Assembly (NCBI RefSeq): GCF_009914755.1
Contig: NC_060947.1
Source: the human T2T-CHM13v2.0 reference genome, Homo sapiens
DNA length: 64,000 bases
Strand: one strand, 5' to 3'
Below the pieces are notes generated by a model, which was not told the origin of the DNA, made no database searches, and saw only the letters and a program-made list of their open reading frames with translations. Position numbers and translations under genes: made by a program. Position 1 is the stretch's first letter; the number at the start of each line of letters is the position of its first letter. This document shows positions 1 to 9,739 of the stretch, piece by piece.

Positions 1-420
1 AAACCCGCCCTTCTTGGTTGGATATTGGTGTGACTTTTGGGGAGTATCTATTTCTTATTGACCCTTTTCCCTTCCTTGGATTGCTTTTGATTTCCTGTCT
101 TCCTTCACCTGCGATGCGGGCACATGAGGCCCTTTGGCCTTCTTGTGGAGATAGCTGAGAATCTAAGATCCTAGAAAATTTGGTAGGACAAATATGTGGG
201 TTGTATCCTGTGAAAGGCTAGCAAAACTTTCTTTTCTCTTTGAGCCGTCTGGGGTTTGGGGCAATTCTGGACCTTGTGAAATCTACTTTCCGCCCCTTTG
301 AAGACACCTCAGGCATCCTTGGTTGTGTCATAATCTTGGTGAAACTTACTGGAACGATACCTTTACTTTACAGAAAACAAAACAAACAAGAAAAGGTCAA
401 AACCCAGAAATATCAGCTGC
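1..420 (+). mobile_element. ERV1 (MER4-group-like) internal fragment, truncated at the H2B.W pseudogene
   Basis: Aligns by eye to 56500-56920, which lies downstream of an LTR and PBS-like sequence. Homology stops at ...cagaaatatcagctg (~419), where H2B.W-like sequence begins. Confidence 0.5.
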
Positions 421-523
421 TTGTCTTCTGCTGCTGCTTGTGGGCCATAGTGGCATCGGCCGCTTTCCGCTCCTTCGTGCTCAGGCCTTTGTCAGAGGTC
501 GTCTCAGAGGAAGGCTTAACCAT
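413..523 (-). pseudogene. H2B.W 5' fragment (N-terminal tail only, 36 codons)
   Basis: Minus-strand translation from ATG 523 is MVKPSSETTSDKGLSTKERKAADATMAHKQQQKTSS*, homologous to H2BW1 MAGPSSETTSEEQLITQEPKEANSTTSQKQ. The histone fold is replaced by ERV sequence. Confidence 0.85.
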
Positions 524-588
524 CTCAGAGGCAACTGCCAGTGGATGTGAGGAACAGACAATGATGGTTGACCACAGGCGGGAGGGCC

Positions 589-760
589 TTTTATAGTCAC
601 CACATGGTTACGTCACAGGCCACCAACTCCACATCTGACTGAATGAAGTGCCAAGCAGGGAGCCTACCAGCAATCCTCCCGGCCTCAGAGGCAACTCGAT
701 GGTCCTGTTGCTTGGCAATCACAGTGGGTGTCTGTCGACATGCTCCCCGCCTCTCACCTG
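589..760 (-). promoter_or_regulatory. H2B.W-type promoter: TATAAAA (589-595), CRE-like TGACGTAA (608-615), X-box-like GTTGCTTGGCAAT (707-719)
   Basis: Motifs read directly. The segment is colinear with the H2BW1 (42120-42270) and H2BW2 (15990-16150) upstream regions. Confidence 0.6.
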
Positions 761-1399
761 CCACGGAGCAGGTGCTCAACCCCGCCCACTCTCAACTAGG
801 GCGAGCTCTGCATTCCACGCATTCTTCCACTCCTGTTCTGCGACCACTCCAGTTCCAAAAAAGCTCGGTGGTACTACGAATCCTCTCTAAATCATACTCC
901 TCATCTGTTTATTCCTTATTTCTTCCTCCAGGAGCCCACTTTCTCTTGAGAAAGCTGCAGATCCTCGTTCAGCATGGTGCACCAGGGTTCCCAAAGACCT
1001 GATGTGTGAGGCTTCTTTGCCTTTTCATAGGTAAGGTGAGCACATAATTTCTTGTTGAATACATATGGGGGCAGCTTTCAGAGTAAATGCAGCACTATGA
1101 ATCATCGGGCTGGGACAACAGGCAAAATCAGGACGCGTGGCCACCCTTCTAGGGGAAAGATCTGGGGATAGAATAAGGGCATCCTTTGGGGTTTGAAACA
1201 CTAAAGTTCTTGGGTAATGAGACCAATTTACTTTTAATAGCTTTTTTTTTGTCTTCTCTTTGAAGTTCTGGTGACTTTATTTCCTGGAGGCAACTAGTGT
1301 GGCTAGGCTGCATTAACATGGGAAAATGACACAACATCGTGAGAACGTCTGTTTGGGTCTTAGGACTCATGTGAGCTAGTGGGACCAGACTCGACTGCA

Positions 1400-1590
1400 A
1401 GAGTGATTGAGGGCACGGGTTTGGGAGTCAGAGGAGATCTGGGTTCAGACCTCAGCTGTGCCTCTTACTGGCTGTATTGCCTTGCGCAAGTGGCTTGACT
1501 TCTCTGAATCTCAGTTTCCTCCTCTGTGGAATACAGATCTAGAAGGTGGTTGTCAAGATCCAGGGTGATGATGCAGATGGGGTGCCAGAT
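1400..1590. mobile_element. MIR (also in paralogous copies ~7620-7800 and ~49100-49280)
   Basis: MIR core: caagtggcttgacttctctgaatctcagtttcctcctctgt. Confidence 0.7.
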
Positions 1591-3999
1591 ACATAGTCTG
1601 CAACCAATGAATGTCGGCTGTACGTGGTTCCAATACCGAGATTCGTGTCCTCGGGCAATCACAGGTGGTGGGGGTGGGATCCAGTGCCAGACAGCTGTAT
1701 GAACACGCTCTCCTGGCTACCTGGGCCCCATCTGTTTGCTTCGGGCTGACAGTGAGATAAGGGACAATGACTTTTCCCTCCTGAGCCACATGTTAGTGAA
1801 GCGGTGGAGATAATTCTGCTCTGAGTCCTGACGGGAAGTTGCTGGGGAGCAACTTTACAGTGCTCCTGGCTTGGGGCACTACCCACTCGGGGCTTTGTGG
1901 CAAGCTATTCCCCCTCACGGCCAAGGAACCTGGCTTCCCATACCACCTCCTTTCCTCCACCCACCGTCTCCCTATCTGAATCCTATTCACTTTTCAGGTC
2001 TTGGCTCAAATCCTGACTCCCCTGTGAAGATGTCCTGACCCTCCCAGCCTAGAGCCACTACTCCCTCCTTGAATCTCAGGATCTCCAACTGTGACATGGC
2101 CATACTATTTGCCACATCCCCACAGACGGATTGTGATGAGGAAGGAAAGAGAGAGTCCATGTAGCATGCTAGATGCGGTGTCTGGTGCAGGCCTGTGGTG
2201 AGTTCCCTGCCTCTTCCTCTTCCTCCCCTCTGACCCCCAGCATGCAGGCATGGCGGCCTTGATCACCTGCTGCCTTCTCTAGATAATCCTTGGGGATCAT
2301 TCCTGTGCTAGTTGTCCCCTCAGTTGCAATGTCACAGACCATGGGGCCACATCTCATCCTTCCTCACCTTCCAGCATCCAGCACTACAATAAACACCATC
2401 GTAACCATTTTTCATTGGGCATCTTAGGGTACCATGTGGCAGGCACTCGGCTGTGTAGGTAATGCACACAAGTGTAGTCCTCACTCATTCCCCTCCTAGC
2501 TCTCTTCCAGGATGTGCAGGCATTGATTCTCCTTTGAGTTATATCAGACAGATTGTGTCAACCGCTACCAAGGTCGCATCATGAGTAAGTAGCCCTGACA
2601 GGCATCAAGTACTATGCTAGATTAAGTTTCTAATGAATGCCTGCGAAAGGGTGGTTGGCAGGAGGGACAGATGTAGAGCCCAGAGTACGACTGCCTGCCC
2701 CGTGCTTTTACCCGGCAGAGGCAGGCCTGCTTGAGAGAAAGCTGTACGCAATAAAGACATAGGATTCAGCGGGTCCTCGAGCTTAGGAAAGGGGATATAG
2801 TCGCTCCAGGACAGGGGGAGAAATGGAGAGGGGATGAGTCACGCTAAACCTCAAGGCAACTGTCCCAGGGAATTCCACAGTGGCTCCAGTATCCCCCAAA
2901 ATAGTAGCTGATGACCTACCCACAGGCCATCCTCGAGATGAACTGTAGAACAAGCCCGGGTCAAGCGAGCCTCCTTGGAAGACATTTGTTAGCCTAGAAG
3001 ATGTTGAATCCCTTGGGAGCCCACGATGGGCATTTCACTCCTACAGATCCGTGAGTGAGAACCAGGCCACAAGATCACCCATGTGACCTATGATGCAATG
3101 AGGAGACAGGCTCCACTGTGCTTAAGTGTCCCTTGCAAATAGAAGCCAGAGGAGCCGCACTCAGTGCTATTTATTCACCCTATGCCTAAGGTCATTGGGG
3201 AAGGTCCCAGACACCTTGTACTGGCATACTTGATGCCTTGGAGGGGCTGGCTGGAGGGCTGAGCTCAGCTGGGCCTCTGCACCTCTCCAAGGCCCCTCAG
3301 AGCATATCACTGTGGTGTCTCCAGCAGGAGAGGTGGGCTTCTTTCGTGGCAGCTCAGAGCTCTCAGACAGCCAGGCAGAGGCCATTCTAGTCCTCTGAAA
3401 GGTTACCTCTGGGACAGGCTAACGTCCACCATTCTCCATGTGTCAAAGCCATCACAGGCTTGTCGGGAGCCCAGAGGGAGGGGCAAACAGATGCGACCAA
3501 TGGGCCAACGGGAAGAGCATTCAGGAATGAGCAGTCTTTCTGAGATGCGGCCTATTCAGCATACAATTCTTGAGATGCTGCTGGGTGGTACACATGGAGC
3601 ATGTGCATAAAAGAAGAGGTGCTTTACTCTCTGGGTCAAAGCGGTAGGCTCTCTAATGGTTTTAGGTTGGACCTATCACTATAGGGTGACCTCTCCCATT
3701 TAGTGGATCCTCCTTCTCCATGCCGCAGTGATTGCCCTTAAGTGGCATGGAGTTTCTAACCATTATAGATGCTCTTTCTCCCTTCTGGGGCCCTGGCCAT
3801 ACATAAACAGACACACAGAACAACATTAAGGAGAATATGGGAAATCAGTACTTGTTAATAGTAGCTTGACTAGAACCTGGTCTCAATATCTGAGCCTCCA
3901 GATTAGGGGCCCCCGAGTGTTCCAAATTCCCTCATCAACCTCCTCTTTCAGGGCTCCCCTAAAATGTGGCACTCCAATGACAATCCATCCCTCTCTATG

Positions 4000-4641
4000 G
4001 AGCCTACGACAGCACACACCTCAGCGTTCTAGAGAGGACAGGTTTCAGGCCACCGGAGGAATTTAGGGAGTGACTACAGGAGCGACCTTATCCCACACTG
4101 TTTGAACAAGCACTGTGGGCCAATGGCCATGGACTGAGCCAGTGGAAAGTGGGGCTTGGACCCCTCTGATTGGACGTTTCCATCATCCCAACGATGCGTT
4201 AGTTCCAAGTCATGAAGGTGGGTATTTCCAGAAATAAAACAATATAACCTGGAAAAGAACAGACAGAATCAGATACATTAGAAGTAGTTGGAGTAATAAC
4301 TTCAGTTTCTAGGGAGCTTGGAGAGGTATTGATTCTTGAACTTTATGATGTACTTATGTCATCAAAAACACATACATTTTGTGGATGGGTGATACTAAGA
4401 TATTTATTTATTCTTTTTATATAGTTTATATATATATATATATATGTTACATATATGTATTTTACATTATATATCTTTTTTAGTTTTTTCTTATGACTGG
4501 GTCTCACTTTGTCACCCGGGCTGCAGAGCAATGACGCCATCTCGGCTCAGTGTAGACTGGACAATCTGGGTTCAAGCGATTCTCCCACCTCAGCCCCATA
4601 AGAAGCTGAGACTGCAGGCATGTGTCACTGCGCCTGGCTAA

Positions 4642-4674
<33 letters not shown>

Positions 4675-5970
4675 TTTTGTATTTTTGGTAGAGATGGGTT
4701 TCCCCATGTTGCCCTGGCTGATCTCGAATTCCTGAACTCAATTGATTCACCCGCCTTGGACTCCTGAAGTGGTAGGATTACAGGCACTGTGCCGGGCCCT
4801 AGATATTTAAATGATGTCCATAATATGGGTCCTGTTGTAAGAAACAACCTGGTTGGTTACGTCTGTCGTATTAATACATCTGTTTTCTAGGTTGACAGTT
4901 ATACTTTGTCACAGAAGCAGTAAAACCATTTCCTTTTAGATTGTCCTTTCCGTAAACCTCACCATCAGATCACGAAGCCTCCCTAGGCGTCCTTTTTCCT
5001 CCTGCACCCGCTGAAGTCAACAATCAGATGTCCTCACCTCCCCTTGGATCTTCCACATCAAACCCCATTTCCCTCAACTCCTTCCTAAATTTCATTAGTG
5101 TCAGTCAACTTTGAGCTTCTGGGCTTCAAGTCTGCAGCCCGCTTCTGATGCATTTTTGAATGTCGTATGGACAAACACTGGCATTTTGAAGCAGTAGCAA
5201 TGAGCATGACGGAAATTAAGTGATGTGTAGAGAAATTATATATTTTTTTCCTCTGATGCATAGAGTTCTGTTTTGGAAAGTGTGCACATGCCCGCAGAGA
5301 TCCTTTGTTTTCCAATAGTTTAAGACAAACTCAAGGCACCACCCAGAGGGATTGGCTTGCAGTTGAATTGTAGTAGTTTCTCCTAGTCTGCTTAGGAAAA
5401 AAATGTTTTTCCAAGTCTTTTCATGATGTTCATTTACTTCTCCAGAATAAAAATAAGTAATGAATTTTCTGAGGTGGCTCTTTGTCCTAAATTTTCACCC
5501 TCATGATCCAAAGAAGAGTCTTGAAGATATCATTTCCCACCAGAATTCTTGTGATTTAGGCCTTGAAAACACAGACATTTATTCCCACTCCTCAATCTAG
5601 CATTGTGCCCTTCTTGCCTGGGCTACTCAAGGATGCTTCCCCTAGTATCCTCCCTTACCCCCATTCATTTACTTGAGGTCACAGGGGTCTACCGAAGTTA
5701 AAGAAACTTTGTGTTTTATCTCTCCTGGAGGGTTGTAAGCTCCTTCTGATGGGCTACAGAAAAGCGTTCATTTTTGGACACTATCCAACATTGGTCACAT
5801 GGTTTCGCTGAAAGTGATGACCCTTATAGGTTTGTACCTACTACTGAATGGTGGAGTTTACAAGTTATCATAAAAGTGCAAATGGAACACTTAACAAAAT
5901 TAGCCAAATCTAGGACTTTAAAGCAAATAGTCATACATTTCTGAGGATTGAAATCACAGAGTATCTTCTC
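4000..5970 (-). pseudogene. Diverged H2B.W 3' relic (intron 2 / exon 3 / downstream flank), no coding exon
   Basis: Colinear, low-identity match to 12650-14280, e.g. ggcaccacccagaggggattggcttgcagttga vs ggcaccatccagaaggatttacttgcagctga, and cttctgatgggct in both. Confidence 0.7.
4474..4798 (-). mobile_element. Alu (old, AluJ-like) with (TG)n in the middle linker
   Basis: Alu consensus in reverse; (TG)n at ~4644-4672. Confidence 0.9.
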
Positions 5971-5994
5971 TCCCTTTTGAGCTGGAAAAGGACA

Positions 5995-5995
<1 letters not shown>

Positions 5996-6029
<34 letters not shown>

Positions 6030-6060
6030 GTATATGTATATGCATATATATTATATATAC
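5996..6060. repeat. (TA)n-rich microsatellite
   Basis: Read directly. Confidence 0.9.
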
Positions 6061-6332
6061 AATACAATTACTCAACTTTCAAGTAGACTTTAAAAAACAT
6101 GGGTAGGGATCACCTTATTTCCCTTCATCAGTCACCAGTGTTCTCTTAACATACTGGAAGAGGCTGGAGATATCCACATCTACAACTCAGGATTCCTATG
6201 TTCTGTTTGTTCAGTTGTGCTCCCCGCTGCCTCTGCCACACCAAATACGTGAGTTTGACTCCTAACCTCTCATCTCTATTCTACTTAAAGATGGTTTCTT
6301 TACTGGGATACTCAAGTTAAATTACATTCATT

Positions 6333-6489
6333 AGGAGATATCACCACTGATTTCACAGAAATACAAACTACCGTCAGAGAATACTATAAACACTTCTATG
6401 CAGGTAAACTAGAAAATCTAGAAGAAATGGATAAATTCCTGGACACATATACCCTCCCAAGTCTAAACCAGGAAGAACTCGAATCCCTG
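6333..6489 (+). mobile_element. Internal L1 ORF2 fragment (~155 bp) at a duplication junction
   Basis: Matches 26188-26344 of the full-length L1 (gatatcaccactgat...aaaccaggaagaa..gaatc). No 3'UTR, poly(A) or TSD. Confidence 0.9.
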
Positions 6490-8945
6490 CCTCTGCCGGG
6501 TAAAAGTCATGGGGAAGGCACTTGTATTCTGGGCTCTACGTCTGTCCTTCCTGCCAACCACCCATTCTCAGGCACTCACTAGAAACTTAATCTAGCATAG
6601 GACTTTATGTCTGTCGAGGCCACTTACTCATGAAGCGACCTTGGTAGCGGTTGACACAATTTGTCTAATATAATTCAAAGGAGAATCAATGCCTGCACAT
6701 CCTGGAAGAGGGCTAGGAGGGGAAAGAGTGAGGACTACACTCATGTGCATTACACACATAGCCGAGTGCCTGCCACATGTTACCCTAAGGTGCCCAATGA
6801 AAAATGGTTATGATGGCTTTTATTGTAGTGCTGGATGCTGGAAGGTGAGAAAGGATGAGATGTGGCCCCCATGGTCTGTGACATTGCAACTGAGGGGCAA
6901 CTAGCACAGGAATGATCCCCAATGATTATCAAGAGAAGGCAGCATGTGATCAAGGCCGCCATGCCTGCATGCTGGGGGTTCGGAGGGGAGGAAGAAGTGT
7001 AGGCGGGGAACTCACCACAGGCCCGCACCAGACACTGCACTTAGCATGCTATATCGACTCTCTCTTTCCTTCCTCATCACAATCCGTCTGTGGGGATGTG
7101 GCAAACAAGTATGCCCATGTCACAGTTGGAGATCTGGAGACTCATGAAACGAGCAGTGGCTCTAGGCTGGGAGGGTCAGGACATCTTCACAGGGGAGTCA
7201 GGATTTGAGCCAAGACCTGAAAAGTGAATAAAATTCAGTTAGGGAGACGGTGGGTGGGGGCAAGGAGGTGGTATGGGAAGCCAGGTTCTGTGGCAGTGAG
7301 TGGAAATAACTTGTCACAAAGCCCCGAGTGGGTAGTGCCCCAAGCCGGGAGCACTGTAAAGTTGCTCCCCAGCAACTTCCCGTCAGGACTCAGAGCAGCA
7401 TTATCTCTACCGCTTCACTAACATGTGGCTCAGGACGGGAAAGTCATTGTCCCTTATCTCACTGTCAGCTCGAAGCAAACAGATGGGGCCCAGGTAGCCA
7501 GGAGAGCGTGTTCATTCAGCTGTCTGGCACTGGATCCCACCCCCACCACCTGCCATTGCCTGAGGGCACAAATCTCGGAATTGGGACCAGGTACAGCCGG
7601 CATTCATTGGTTGCTGACTATGTATCTGGCACCGTGTCTGCATCATCACCCTGGATCTTCACAACCACCTTCTAGACCCCTGTTCCACAGAGGAGGAAAC
7701 TGAGGCTCAGAGAGGTCAAGCCACTTGCCAATCGCAGTACAGCTAGTAAGAGATACAGCTGGGGTCTCAGCCCAGGTCTCCTCTGACTCCCAAATCGATG
7801 CCCTCAATCACTCTTTCTGTCGAGTCCGGTCCCACTAGCTTACATGAGTCCTATGACCCAAACAGACGTTCTCAAGGTGTTGTGTCGCTTTCCCATGTTA
7901 ATGCAGCCTAGCCACACCAGTTGCCTCCAGAAAACAAAAGCACCAGAATGTCAAAGAGAAGAAATCATGAAAAAGATGCTATTAAAAGTAAATCAGTCTC
8001 ATTGCCCACGAATCTTTTTGTCCCAAAACACAAGGGACGTTCTTATTCTATTGCCAGATCTTTCCCCAGAAGGGTGGCCACACATCCTGATTTTGCCTAT
8101 TGTGCCAGCCCAATTATTCGTAGTTCCCCATTCCCTCCAAATGCTGCCCTCACATATATTCAACAGGAAATTGCTTGCTCACCCTACCTATGAAAAGGCA
8201 AAGAAGCCTCACACATCAGGTCTTTGGCAACCCTGACACACCATGTTGAGCGAGGATCCTCAGCTCTTCCAAGAGAGAGTGGGCTCCTGGAGGAAGAAAT
8301 AAGGAATAAACAGATGAGGAATATGATTTAGAGAGGATCCTAGTACAACCCAACTTGTCTGGAACTGGAGTAGTCAGAGAACAAGGGTGGAAGAATGCGT
8401 GGAACGCAGACCTCGCTCTAGTTGAGAGTTGGCAGGGTTGAGCACTTGCTCTGCGGCAGGTGAGTGTTGGGGAGCAGGTCGACCGACACCCACAGTGATT
8501 GCCAAGCAACGAGACCATCGAATCGCCTCCAAGGCCAGGAGGCTTGCTGATAGGCTCCCTGCGTGGCACTTCATTCAGTCAGATGTGGAGTTGCTGGCCC
8601 GTGACATAAGCCATGGGGTGACTACAAAAGGCCATCCCGCTGGTGGTCAGCCATCATTGTCCGTTCCTCACATCCACTGGCAGTTGCCTCCAAGATGGCT
8701 GAGCCTTCCTCTGAGACAACCTCCAATGAATGCCTGAACATGAAAGATCCCACAGCAGCCGAGGCCACTATGGCCCACAAGCAGCAGAAGACAAGCAGCT
8801 GATATTTCTGGGTTTTCACCTTTTCTTGTTTGTTTTGTTTTCGTTAAAGTAAAGGTACCTTTTCAGGTAAGTTTCACCAAGATTATGACACAACCAAGGA
8901 TGCATGAGATGTCTCCAAAGAGGAGGAAAATAGATTTCACAAGGT
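6486..8945. repeat. Right arm of ~2.45-kb local inverted repeat
   Basis: Reverse complement of 270-2725. Confidence 0.95.
8695..8802 (+). pseudogene. H2B.W 5' fragment (N-terminal tail only, 35 codons)
   Basis: MAEPSSETTSNECLNMKDPTAAEATMAHKQQKTSS*. Same ERV junction as the 413-523 copy. The TATA is mutated to TACAAAA (8623-8629). Confidence 0.85.
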
Positions 8946-9349
8946 GGAGTGGCCTTTGTTGTTATTCCCACATGGGGCAGTTTGAGCAGACACAGGAGGT
9001 TATCTTTGTTTTGGTCAGATTTTTTGCTCGTCACTTTTGTCAAGCCAAATTTTAAGGCTAACTGTCACACCATGATGTGTCTTTTTATATGTTTAACCTT
9101 TTTATCAACTGGTTAGAATGAGAAATCTCTAAAATCCTTTTAATATAATTTAGCGGGTTAATTTAGAGGATCAATCTATTGGTTATTGACAATTAGAATT
9201 CTCAATATTGTACTGAAGTTCAATAGCGACTGGATGCCATATCCTCTTCAGAGAAGAAGCAATCCCAGAGTTTCCTCTTGTTCCCAGACATAGGCTAAGA
9301 TAACAAATGACTCGGGGGATAGCAGTTTGCCAGCACACGCTGGGTAGAC

Positions 9350-9657
9350 CAGCGGTCCCCAACCTTTTTGACACCAGTGACTAGTTTCAGGGAAGACAAT
9401 TTTTTCCATGGAATGGCATTGGGGGTGATGGTTTTGGGATGACTCAAGTGCATTACACTTATTGTACACTTTATTTCTATTATTATTATATTTTAATGTG
9501 TAATGAAATAATTTTACGACTCACCATATTGTAGAATCAGTGGTAACCCTGAGCTTGTTTTCCTGCCACTAGACGGTCCGATATGGGGGTGATGGGGGAC
9601 AGTGACAGATCATCAGTCATTAGATTTCCATAAGGAGTCTGCAGCCTAAGATCCCTC
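9350..9657 (-). mobile_element. MER1A (hAT-Charlie), truncated duplicate of 55507-56040
   Basis: TIR cagcggtccccaacc. The flank is the reverse complement of 56041-56070, so this is the same insertion duplicated. Confidence 0.8.
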
Positions 9658-9739
9658 AGTCCCCAATATATATATTAGACTCCTGACCCCTCATCTCTCT
9701 CCTACTTGAAGTAGGTCCTTAACTGGGGTACTCAAGTTA

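Larger units (their letters stand above)
270..2725. repeat. Left arm of ~2.45-kb local inverted repeat (partner 6486-8945)
   Basis: Reverse-complement match, roughly 90% by eye. Mirrored ORFs in the track, e.g. 1793..1990(-) vs 7224..7421(+). Confidence 0.95.
759..6332. repeat. Copy 1 of ~5.5-kb direct duplication (partner 48449-53549)
   Basis: Colinear match, e.g. ORF 3167..3385 vs 50861..51079 and 4343..4540 vs 52070..52267. Copy 2 lacks about 5505-6040. Confidence 0.95.

Noticed and set aside
1066-1085. ggcagctttcagagt as the stem-loop of the putative H2A relic
   Set aside because: The 5' arm does not pair and the site is earlier than expected; too weak to call.
1149-2357. ORFs recurring in three copies (e.g. 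MGSAPSQEH..., MNRIQIGRR...) as a gene family
   Set aside because: Recurrence is explained by recent duplication; several overlapping frames are equally 'conserved' and starts are mostly non-ATG.
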